64,000 nucleotides of DNA from Candidatus Poribacteria bacterium (GCA_022827885.1 JAJEIP010000066.1:142292-206291), one strand, 5' to 3'. Numbered from the stretch's first letter, positions 9,643 through 17,903 are shown. Notes: generated by a model not told the origin, from the sequence alone. Numbers and translations are program-made.

Positions 9643-11565
9643 TTACGGCCAAATACCATAAGTCGGTATATTAAAAACCATGCCCAATATTGTCCATACA
9701 CTCCCAACGGTAAATTGCCCCAAGATCAACCCCAAAAAGAACGGCATCGCCTTCCGATGGGCATTCCTCCCACCGTATTTCAGCAGCAGCAATTTCAATA
9801 CCCACACGATCCCCAAACTAAACCAGATGTAATTGACTGCCCAGCTCCCGCACACGGTCGCATACGCCGCCGGATGAAAAGGGAACCAGAAAAACTTCAT
9901 GCGCATCAACATCAGGAAAAGCGCGAAAAGTAAGCCAATTCCGGTAAATCCCAACGCCCAATAGTCCGGAGCAAGCGGATGTGCTAACCATTTCTGCAGC
10001 TGCGTCCACGGTTCAGACCCGTATATGATTGGCACGCGCGACATCTCGTGTAAAGCACCGAGTCGATAGGGTATGGATATAAGCGCCCAAAATTGCGAGA
10101 GGATACCGACGCACAGCGCAATAAGGATCGCAAATAGCATAAAACGGCTTCGGATTCCTGCTGTTGAGGCAAGTTTGAACCCTTCAAGTTGATGGGGCAT
10201 CGGATGTGAATCGAAGGTGCGCGTAAAGAACCAGAAGAAAGAGAACATCGAAAGATTGTTCGGTCCGAGCGGACGCGTGCCTACAGCCGCGACCATGACC
10301 CGTTCGGGGCCCGTATAGTGCAAGTCGTGCATTGGCGATCCGAGTTCAGCGCGCATCCGAGAAACCGCCGTTGAAAATGCAAAATAGAGTCCAAAAAAGA
10401 CGAGAACCGCCCAGAGGGACATGCCCGCCCTCAAACAAAAAAACGTCAGAAACGCAACACCAGCAACCAGAGCGAGAAGAAGGAGCCTCGGGGACACCGG
10501 TTCATCCCGCGTGGATGTGGACTGGACGTTCGCACCCAATAAATTCTGCAGATATTTTCGGCCCCTCCAAATGGCAATAAAAAAGATGCCCATATACGCA
10601 CCAAATCCCTGATAGTTGACATAAGGATACCCCGTCCCTTCCAAACCCATCATGCTTCCAACGACCTGTTGCCCCTTCCACACCCAAAAGAAAAACCATG
10701 TCGAAAACAGCAGATCCAACGGAATCAGGAATCCGATGCCTAACACAAAGGGGTAAATTCCCAATCTCAGCCACCCCATCGCGGAGAAGGGTTTCTCTGT
10801 GAATCTGAAACGGTATGCTTTCTCGTATACGGAGGGGATCGCAGGAAAAACGTGGTGAAGACCGTTAATAACATCGAAAGCCGCGACAAGCCCGAAACCG
10901 ATCCACATCAACCGATTCGTGAAGAAACCCGCGCTCGTCATCCGAGCTGGAAGTTGGATAATCGGATACGCCAGTTTCTCATCTTCCGTCCACGGTTTCC
11001 GCACGATGACAGTGATGCAAACCATAACGAACAGCAGGGTAAAGAGGAAGGCAAACCAATTCATCACAGGTGTTAGCCAACCCAACAGATGCTGCTTTGT
11101 GTGCAGTGTAGAATCTCCCTCGTAGTAGCCTGAAAGAACACCCGTGTCCGACACGGCAAGCCAACTCGGAATATACCGCCAAAACAGGTCTTTCCAATCG
11201 TTCTCCGGCGTTGCGAACCAGAAAGCGTGTCCCAACGTGGAGACCAGAATCTCCATCATGCTGTGTCCCGCAGTCGCGGATGCCACGGAGAGCATGACAT
11301 AGATGACCAGGAGTTCACCTTGAGAGAGAGCCAACCGAGGCAGGAATCGCTTGAAGACTCGGTTGAATCCCATCAACACAAGAATGTTGAAAACAACCGT
11401 GAAAATAAGCGAGACGATGGTGGGCTGTGCAGAATACTGCACCAGTTCAATATACGTAATCCAATAACAATTGAGAGGGATGAGAATAATTCCAATTGCT
11501 ATGGACCGCCAGCCGACCGATGAGGACGGTTTTGATGGGGACAGGATCAATTTCGTGTGCGGCAT
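9643..11565 (-). CDS. large polytopic membrane protein of unknown function (possible transporter)
   Basis: 640 aa, with at least 12 hydrophobic segments by eye and no motif I can assign to a named transporter family. Co-oriented with the ABC uptake genes and the dehydratase. Confidence 0.5.
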   Translation of the reverse strand: MPHTKLILSPSKPSSSVGWRSIAIGIILIPLNCYWITYIELVQYSAQPTIVSLIFTVVFNILVLMGFNRVFKRFLPRLALSQGELLVIYVMLSVASATAGHSMMEILVSTLGHAFWFATPENDWKDLFWRYIPSWLAVSDTGVLSGYYEGDSTLHTKQHLLGWLTPVMNWFAFLFTLLFVMVCITVIVRKPWTEDEKLAYPIIQLPARMTSAGFFTNRLMWIGFGLVAAFDVINGLHHVFPAIPSVYEKAYRFRFTEKPFSAMGWLRLGIYPFVLGIGFLIPLDLLFSTWFFFWVWKGQQVVGSMMGLEGTGYPYVNYQGFGAYMGIFFIAIWRGRKYLQNLLGANVQSTSTRDEPVSPRLLLLALVAGVAFLTFFCLRAGMSLWAVLVFFGLYFAFSTAVSRMRAELGSPMHDLHYTGPERVMVAAVGTRPLGPNNLSMFSFFWFFTRTFDSHPMPHQLEGFKLASTAGIRSRFMLFAILIALCVGILSQFWALISIPYRLGALHEMSRVPIIYGSEPWTQLQKWLAHPLAPDYWALGFTGIGLLFALFLMLMRMKFFWFPFHPAAYATVCGSWAVNYIWFSLGIVWVLKLLLLKYGGRNAHRKAMPFFLGLILGQFTVGSVWTILGMVFNIPTYGIWP

Positions 11566-13021
11566 TTATCGACATGGAAGTTCGTCGGATTTGCCCACGG
11601 TTGCTTCACCATAGCGTGGTCGTCAACTATCCCCAGTTAAAGCACGGGGCTTGTTAAGAGAGCATCAAACAGCGATAACTGATTGGCATTCTTGAAGTCT
11701 AATGCTTTTTGTGGGGTGTTTCTCGCTTCATAGAGGTCGGTAACCCAACGCTCTCCACGAAAGGCAGCAGCTGCCTTAAAAAGTATGTTCAGTGCAGCGT
11801 TGTGGTCTCGGTCCAACGAAGTGCCACAAAAACTACAATTAAAGGTCCGTATCGCCAACGAAAGTTTCTTGGGCGATTTCTTACCACAAGCAGAGCACGT
11901 TTGCGAAGTGTTCTTGGGATCAACTTGGTGGAAGTGGAAACCGTCTCTTTCGGCTATATTCCCACACCACTCAAAGAAGATACCCCAAGACGCATCCGAA
12001 ATGCTCTTGCTGAGGTGCTTATTCTGAACCATGTTAGATATGCTGAGGTCTTCAGCGATAAGGACGTTATTTTCGCAATGATGAAAAAGTTTGTAGACGA
12101 GTTTTCCAATGAAATCTTTGCGTTTGTTAGCAGTGCGTTCTTGATGTAAGGCAGACGCATGCACGGCTTTTCGCCAACGGTGGCTCCCTTTCTTTCGGCG
12201 TGCCAGCGTCTGATTGTGTTTATGAAGCAAACCTTCTGCCTGGCGATACCAGCGCGGGTTATCTTCTGTTTCACCTTCGGAAGTCGTCAGATAGTGTGCA
12301 GTGCCAACGTCAACAGCGATCGCATCGGTCGGCCTAACTTTCGGGGTATCCGGGAGTTCACAGGTAATATGAGCATACCAGCCACTTGCTTTTTTCACGA
12401 GCGTGACTTCTTTGGGGTCACCTTCAAGCGGGCGGTGCATGTATATCTTGACTTCACCCAGTTTCGGCACTTTCAAGCGGTCATGTTTCCATGCGGTTTC
12501 TCGGATGGGATTTTGACGGACACGTATTGTTTGTTTTTCAGCATCTTTCGTCTTTTTACGAACGACTTTCGTATATTTGCGAAGTTTCCACGTCAGAGAC
12601 TTTATCCGTTTGCGATGTCTTGGATAGCCTTTTTTCGCAGCACCTTTCTCGCAGCGTCTATAAAAACCGTCAAAGGCTTTATCTGTGCGTTCCAAAGCGC
12701 AGATTTGCATATCTTGTGGCACTTCGCGAAAATCGGCGTATCTCTCGCGAGCCACCTTCAACTTCTTTTGTTGGTCGTTGCAAGAAACGCGTTCGCCTTC
12801 GGTTTCCCAAGCGACCTTGCGATCATGGCGCGCAGAATTCTGAAGGTCACACAGGTGGTCAAGCCATGCCAGCAATGTTTGTTCCTGTGTTCTGGTAGGA
12901 TACACAGGATACTTAAAGGTCAATTTCATGGTATATCAGGTATCAGGTGTTTATCCCCTTATCAGTGGGAGGCAAGCACGTTACCAAGCGGTAACGCTGA
13001 TAATGCTTGCCAACCTGATAC
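11566..13021 (-). mobile_element. tnpA-less IS200/IS605-type (IS1341-like) element, approximate bounds
   Basis: tnpB plus a highly structured upstream end (nested hairpins at 12940-13021) and a 71 nt downstream spacer. No Y1 transposase ORF was found in the window. The exact ends are not determinable from one copy. Confidence 0.55.
11637..12929 (-). CDS. tnpB: TnpB (IS200/IS605-family OrfB, RNA-guided endonuclease)
   Basis: 430 aa. N-terminal KYPVYPTRTQEQTL. RuvC-like motifs AVDVGTAHY (D), LIAEDLSISNM (E) and DRDHNAALNI (D). Zinc finger CSACG...CSFCG. Confidence 0.9.
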   Translation of the reverse strand: MKLTFKYPVYPTRTQEQTLLAWLDHLCDLQNSARHDRKVAWETEGERVSCNDQQKKLKVARERYADFREVPQDMQICALERTDKAFDGFYRRCEKGAAKKGYPRHRKRIKSLTWKLRKYTKVVRKKTKDAEKQTIRVRQNPIRETAWKHDRLKVPKLGEVKIYMHRPLEGDPKEVTLVKKASGWYAHITCELPDTPKVRPTDAIAVDVGTAHYLTTSEGETEDNPRWYRQAEGLLHKHNQTLARRKKGSHRWRKAVHASALHQERTANKRKDFIGKLVYKLFHHCENNVLIAEDLSISNMVQNKHLSKSISDASWGIFFEWCGNIAERDGFHFHQVDPKNTSQTCSACGKKSPKKLSLAIRTFNCSFCGTSLDRDHNAALNILFKAAAAFRGERWVTDLYEARNTPQKALDFKNANQLSLFDALLTSPVL

Positions 13022-13149
13022 TCATATTATATCACACTTTCAGACCAAACGTCAAGGAAAAAATGAATGTTTTGGTCCTTTCCAAGAAGGCGGATTTTCC
13101 TCCCAAAGATAAATCTTTGGGAAACCTCCAATCCGGTAATCAGGTGAAA

Positions 13150-14367
13150 TTACTTCTTTACTGCACCGAAGGTGACACCGCGCAGGAGATGACTCCGCAT
13201 CAGGAAGGTGAAAACGGCAACGGGTAGGAGAAAAACGAAGGTCCCGGCGGCGATTTTTCCCCAATCCATACCCGTGGAACCAGTCGCACTCGTAATTGAA
13301 GGGGGCGCGGTCACGGCTCTACCGCCGACCTCTGTCAGAACCAAGGCAAACGCGAACTCGTTCCACGCCGTAATCAGACAGAACACGGCAGTCGCAGCAA
13401 TACCTGTGACAGACTGCGGTAAAATGACCTTCAGGAAAGTTTGGAACCGTGAGTAGCCATCAACGAGTGCAGCGTCCTCATATTCCTTTGGGATTTCGTC
13501 AATAAATCCCTTCATGAGCCACACCGCAAACGAAACATTGAAGGTGGTATAGAGCAGAATCAGGCCGAAGTGTGTATCCCGCAACCCGAGCGCACTGTAC
13601 ATCAGATAGATCGGAATCACAACCACGACGGGTGGGAGCATACGCGTGCTGAGGATAAAGAAAAGCAGATCGTCCTTGCCTGCGATGTCGAATCGGGAGA
13701 AGGCGTAAGCCGCAAGTGTTCCGAGTCCTACAGCGAGAATCGTGCTCCCACCACCGATGATGATACTATTCAGCAATTGGTAAAAGTACTTCGACCCACC
13801 GTTTGCCAGGGCGACGCAAATCGCTATCGTTCCGAAAACGCTTGGTAATACGAGGGTGAGTCGCTGTTTTTTGGCAGTTTGCGATGTCAAGCCGCCAGTC
13901 TTTCTCCACGGAACAATCAAAAGGTAGGCTATAATTGTGCAGACGATGAGTAGCAGAAAGTTGAAACGGGCATCCGTTTGGAGCCGGCTCCGCAACGGGG
14001 GCAGCGTTAGGAAACTATAGAGACACGTTAAAATGAAAAAACTGTTCCAGATGAAGCCGAGATTTCGGAGGGACAAGGCACGGGGTAACCTCACATTGAA
14101 AAGCGAGAAGAAACCGAACAGTAATAATCCGACAACCACCTCTCCTAAAAACAGATACGTTACCCCTGGGACCCCTTCTGACGGCATCAACTTCTGATAG
14201 TTCTCTAACGATATGTCAAAAACGAACTTCGGGAGTTTTGTGGTAATATCAGACAGGGTCTTTAGCGATGTCGCCAAAATCCAGTAAATCGGGGTGATGT
14301 AGACAAGCACAGCCACAGCGATGAGTGCCAATATAAGGTAGTGGACAAAGTTTTTCCGATGCCGCAT
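13150..14367 (-). CDS. carbohydrate ABC transporter permease (MalG-like) with an extra membrane insertion
   Basis: EAA-loop region GLRDTHFGLILLYTTF..DEIPKEYEDAALVDG. The start at 14367 overlaps the upstream stop as TAATG. About 130 extra hydrophobic residues follow TM1. Confidence 0.8.
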   Translation of the reverse strand: MRHRKNFVHYLILALIAVAVLVYITPIYWILATSLKTLSDITTKLPKFVFDISLENYQKLMPSEGVPGVTYLFLGEVVVGLLLFGFFSLFNVRLPRALSLRNLGFIWNSFFILTCLYSFLTLPPLRSRLQTDARFNFLLLIVCTIIAYLLIVPWRKTGGLTSQTAKKQRLTLVLPSVFGTIAICVALANGGSKYFYQLLNSIIIGGGSTILAVGLGTLAAYAFSRFDIAGKDDLLFFILSTRMLPPVVVVIPIYLMYSALGLRDTHFGLILLYTTFNVSFAVWLMKGFIDEIPKEYEDAALVDGYSRFQTFLKVILPQSVTGIAATAVFCLITAWNEFAFALVLTEVGGRAVTAPPSITSATGSTGMDWGKIAAGTFVFLLPVAVFTFLMRSHLLRGVTFGAVKK

Positions 14368-15290
14368 TAGGTTTCCTGTGCCTCCTCTCCCTTGACACGA
14401 TTCAGGTATTTCACGTAGATATTGCTCAGGGCAACGATAATGATGAGTAGAATATACGCCATCGCGCACGCTTTACCGGTGTTGTAGTTTCGGAAGGCGA
14501 GTTTATAAAGGTTCATGGATACAGTCTCTGTGGCGGTCCCAGGTCCCCCTTCGCGAGTCAGCACATAAACGATGTCGAACATCTTGAAGGCATCCATCGT
14601 CCTGAACAGCAGGGCAATCAGTAAGAGAGGCGAGACTAACGGCAGAGTAATCCATCGAAACTTGAACCAGGCGGAGGCTCTATCGACATCCGCGGCTTCG
14701 TAAAGAAATTTCGGTACCGCACTCAAGCCTGCCAAGGCGATCAACATCATGAAGGGCGACCACATCCATGTATCCACAATCACAACGGCTAACATCGCGA
14801 CCTTCGGATGGGTCGTCCAGCCGATAGGCGAGTTTAAAAAGGGGCTGAGGAAAAAGTTCAGCAAACCGGCGTTATCTGAAGAGAGGATAAACCGCCAAAA
14901 AAGTCCAACGACCACAGGCGAAAGCATCATCGGTAGCAGCAGCAACGTTGTGACGAAGCCTTTATACCGGAAGTCCCGATTCAGGAGCAGTGCCAACCCA
15001 AATCCGATAAAGAATTGTGCTGCGACTGCAAGGACCACGAAATAAGCCGTGGTTTGAAAGTAACCCCATATCTCTGGATCGGCGAGGAGCCGTGAATAAT
15101 TACGGACACCGATAAATCTTGGAGCCGCGGGCATGGAGGCTTTGTAGCGATGGAAACTCAGATACAACGACCATAGCAACGGAAAAATGTTCATCAAGAT
15201 GAGCAAAACCATGGTGGGCATGATAAATGCCATCTTCAACTGGTAGTCACTCATCCCGCGCGATGTTTGGTGTGGGTGGTTGGTAAGCAT
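14367..15290 (-). CDS. carbohydrate ABC transporter permease (MalF/UgpA-like)
   Basis: IFPLLWSLYLSF N-terminal pattern and EAA loop EAADVDRASAWFKFRWITLP. Start is uncertain (15290 or 15254). The track start at 15419 runs into a repeat element. Confidence 0.75.
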   Translation of the reverse strand: MLTNHPHQTSRGMSDYQLKMAFIMPTMVLLILMNIFPLLWSLYLSFHRYKASMPAAPRFIGVRNYSRLLADPEIWGYFQTTAYFVVLAVAAQFFIGFGLALLLNRDFRYKGFVTTLLLLPMMLSPVVVGLFWRFILSSDNAGLLNFFLSPFLNSPIGWTTHPKVAMLAVVIVDTWMWSPFMMLIALAGLSAVPKFLYEAADVDRASAWFKFRWITLPLVSPLLLIALLFRTMDAFKMFDIVYVLTREGGPGTATETVSMNLYKLAFRNYNTGKACAMAYILLIIIVALSNIYVKYLNRVKGEEAQET

Positions 15291-15323
15291 ATTTATTGCG
15301 AAATTTATGAAAGTGATGATATA

Positions 15324-15422
15324 GGATGGAGGGGTGGAAGGATTTGGAGGGAAGAATGGAAGCATGAAAGGATCGGATAATTTCCAATCTTCCAATCTTC
15401 CAATCTTCCAATCTTCCAATCT
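15324..15422. repeat. purine-arm/pyrimidine-arm palindromic element containing (TTCCAATC)x5
   Basis: GGATGGAGGGGTGGAAGGATTTGGAGGGAAGAATGGAAGC, a loop containing TCGGATAATT, then five perfect tandem TTCCAATC octamers at 15382-15421. Related to the element at 40337-40444. Confidence 0.7.
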
Positions 15423-16742
15423 CTACTCGTCGTAGTAGCCTGCGTCCTCAAAGATTTCCTCATGTTTCCGCGCGATGGCGTCCAATGCTTCCTTGGCAGA
15501 CTTGATTTTGGAGATGGCTTCACTCCAATTCGTCTGGCAGACTTCTAAAAGCTCTGCATATTCCGGTACTGCCCAGAAATCGCGTAGATACGGGAAACTC
15601 GCGGCGAAAGCTTCGTTAAAAGGGGTCGCTGTCTTAAAGATATCCGACTGTAACACCTCTTTGTGTGGCGTGAATCCACCCAGGGCTGCCCATTTCTCTT
15701 GCACAGGTTTCTGCATAAACCATTTCATGTATTGCTTGGCAAGATCCTTGTTTTTGGAATAGGAAGAAATAGACATGCCCTGCCCACCAATGCTGATGTA
15801 ATGCCCTTTCGGACCCGCAGGGGCGATAAAGAAACCACTTTTGTCGTGAGAGATTTCATTCGATTCTGGGTTTAAGACACCGGGGAAAAAAGCGAAGTAA
15901 TTCATCGCCATTGCGACCTTCCCGGCGTTATAGGCACCGAGCGTTTCTGCCCAATAGTAGTTCGGGGCGTCAGGCGGTGAAAACTGGAGCAAATCTGTGT
16001 AAAATTCAAGGGCTTTCACAGAATCCTCTGTGTTAATATGCCCGGCGACTTTATGGGTGTCTGCGTCGCCATAAGCACCCCCGAAGCTCCACATCACCTG
16101 TTGGAACCCCATCGTAATGCCGTCATATTCCTTGCTATACCATGTTGCGATACCATAGAGGTCTTTATCTGGACGCGTGAAAAATTCGGCGATATCGCGG
16201 AGTTGATCGTAGGTTTTCGGGGGGGCGAGTGCATAGCCATACTTCTCTTGGAATGCCTTCATTTCGTTTGGATCTTCAAATAGGTCTTTCCGATAGACAT
16301 ATCCAGCGGCATCTACCTCTGCAGGTAATGCCCAGTAGGTTCCGCTCCCTTTTGGATACTCAGCAAATGCTGTCATCGCGGGTCCATAGATGGAAGCGAC
16401 ATCTATGTTCTCATTAATCCAATCCGTTAGATTGATATAGTTCTTGCCCTGAGAGTTCCGACCGAGCCATTGGCTATCGCCAATCACAATGTCGTAAAGA
16501 TCGCTTTTTCCGACGAAAGCCGTGAAAACCTTATCTTGGAAATTGGGCCACGGGATCTGGATCACATCGACAGCAATGCCGGTTTCGGCGGTAAAGTCTT
16601 TTGAGAGTTCCTGCAAGTAGTTAGCCGGATCCCATTCTGCCCAAACAATGGTTAAGGATTGGTGGTTATCCGCTTTTGAGGTACTCACGAACGCAAGTGC
16701 AAGTATTAGCACGAAAACAAGACTTATGCGAACACTTTTCAT
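15423..16742 (-). CDS. ABC transporter substrate-binding protein (family 1, sugar type)
   Basis: Signal peptide MKSVRISLVFVLILALAFVSTSKA. The length and W/Y-rich pattern are typical of CUT1 binding proteins. GGAGGA lies upstream of the ATG at 16742. Confidence 0.8.
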   Translation of the reverse strand: MKSVRISLVFVLILALAFVSTSKADNHQSLTIVWAEWDPANYLQELSKDFTAETGIAVDVIQIPWPNFQDKVFTAFVGKSDLYDIVIGDSQWLGRNSQGKNYINLTDWINENIDVASIYGPAMTAFAEYPKGSGTYWALPAEVDAAGYVYRKDLFEDPNEMKAFQEKYGYALAPPKTYDQLRDIAEFFTRPDKDLYGIATWYSKEYDGITMGFQQVMWSFGGAYGDADTHKVAGHINTEDSVKALEFYTDLLQFSPPDAPNYYWAETLGAYNAGKVAMAMNYFAFFPGVLNPESNEISHDKSGFFIAPAGPKGHYISIGGQGMSISSYSKNKDLAKQYMKWFMQKPVQEKWAALGGFTPHKEVLQSDIFKTATPFNEAFAASFPYLRDFWAVPEYAELLEVCQTNWSEAISKIKSAKEALDAIARKHEEIFEDAGYYDE

Positions 16743-16906
16743 GTTTTTTGTCCTCCGTAGAAAGATCATGCGAGTTGTTATCGGCACCTGTTGAAATTGA
16801 TACACGGTTCGGTGCCATAATCCCGCATTATAAACGGAGCCTAAAATTTTTTCAAGAAAAATTATCTATGGTAAACCAAAAAATAAACAGACCTGTACCC
16901 AGACCC

Positions 16907-16935
16907 GGTAGGTGCGGTTTCTAACCGCACCGGAT
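16907..16935 (+). repeat. REP-like hairpin repeat, second copy
   Basis: Identical to 5250-5278. A half-copy TCTAACCGCACCGA follows at 16973-16986. Confidence 0.75.
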
Positions 16936-17036
16936 TCGTTAGGGAATTACCGAATTAATAAATTAATCTTCATCTAACCGCACCGATTTAGAGTATATGG
17001 GTAAATTCTAAAATCGACCATAAATGGGAGTGTCTG

Positions 17037-17759
17037 TCAAAGTTCACCGATGCAGAACACGGTATTCTTTGCTGATAAACTCCGAATTTCCGAATAGTGG
17101 TAAACTTGGGTGACTTCCTCTCCATTTTCAATGATGGGGGTGGGGCGTTCGATCACGAAATCAGCGAAGTGCGGTGCGTTGAAAGCAACGTAGGCGAGGC
17201 TGAACGTCTCAATCTGTCGATCGTATCGCTTTGACAGATCTGGAAAGAGAACAATGCCCGTATCAACTTGGTAGATGCCTGCGTTTTCATCAATGTTCAT
17301 CGTTTTGACCGGACACTCGATAATTGCCCGCTGGTGTGTACGGCTATCCCATATTTCTGTCTGCGTTACGATGGGTAGACATTTTCGTGTCGCCTCAAAA
17401 ATGGCTGCGTTGCTATCGAGGACCCTGACCGGCGATGCCTCTTGAACGTCAAACAGGGCACCTCCCCAATACTCCTGTGCCGGTCTATACTCCACGTAGT
17501 TATCGTTACAGTAAGCATGCCTTCTAAATACCGCTATATGCGCTTCGCCAAAAACAGGGAGGAAGTCATAGTTTGGATTGATGAAGAGATTTTTCTCCGC
17601 AAAGGTATGTTCACTCTTACACGAACCACATTGGTAATAATCGTTGAAACTTCCATCTGTGTCATCTATGATGCGGCATCGAGATTCGACCCAAAAGCGC
17701 GGAGCATTCCCATTACCAACAGAGTTGATAAAAGAAAGTCCATAATCAAGACAGTTCAT
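17037..17759 (-). CDS. hypothetical protein (no recognisable domain)
   Basis: 240 aa ORF with coding-like composition and a CGSC motif plus scattered Cys/His. I cannot assign a family. Confidence 0.5.
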   Translation of the reverse strand: MNCLDYGLSFINSVGNGNAPRFWVESRCRIIDDTDGSFNDYYQCGSCKSEHTFAEKNLFINPNYDFLPVFGEAHIAVFRRHAYCNDNYVEYRPAQEYWGGALFDVQEASPVRVLDSNAAIFEATRKCLPIVTQTEIWDSRTHQRAIIECPVKTMNIDENAGIYQVDTGIVLFPDLSKRYDRQIETFSLAYVAFNAPHFADFVIERPTPIIENGEEVTQVYHYSEIRSLSAKNTVFCIGEL

Positions 17760-17845
17760 TGATTTCCCTCTCAGTGTGGTATATAAGTCAGTAAACCCAT
17801 TTTATCCCAGCAGTCTTCGCTTGTCAATGAAAGCATGTAAAAATC

Positions 17846-17874
17846 TTGACACTCACCCGGAACTACGCTATAAT
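17846..17874 (+). promoter_or_regulatory. perfect-consensus sigma70 promoter (TTGACA-17 nt-TATAAT)
   Basis: TTGACA at 17846-17851, a 17 nt spacer and TATAAT at 17869-17874, upstream of the Uma2 remnant and the AbrB/PIN pair. Confidence 0.65.
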
Positions 17875-17903
17875 AAAATTATAAAAATTCCTGAAGGGAA
17901 ATC

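Noticed and set aside
9389-9652. N-terminal 88 aa extension of the enolase-family ORF (track start 9652).
   Set aside because: The extension translates repeat and hairpin DNA (..FGLLGFAIAIH.., ..GFWFLSLNPTY..). The conserved MR/MLE N-terminus starts at MKIKKIQAFPL, which has a GGAGGA ribosome-binding site.
12159-13112. 317 aa ORF on the plus strand.
   Set aside because: It is antisense to the well-supported tnpB gene and has a low-complexity, F/C/R-rich translation with no motifs. It is a shadow ORF.
11566-13149. Search for a tnpA (Y1 HUH transposase) or IscB-type partner next to tnpB.
   Set aside because: No ORF with a HUH/Y1 motif, or of suitable size, exists on either side. The flanks are only 71 nt and 220 nt long, and the latter is occupied by hairpins.
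15291-15419. The N-terminal MEDWKIGRLEDWK... extension of the permease, and the 72 aa ORF 15305..15523.
   Set aside because: Both translate the GGAAGATT/TTCCAATC repeat element and have no permease-like sequence. The (TTCCAATC)x5 array as a phase-variation switch within a coding region was also considered and rejected, because the array is intergenic under the preferred gene start.
13150-16742. Missing ABC ATPase in the sugar uptake locus, considered as an anomaly.
   Set aside because: CUT1-type systems commonly share an ATPase (MsiK-like) encoded elsewhere, so its absence here is not unusual by itself.
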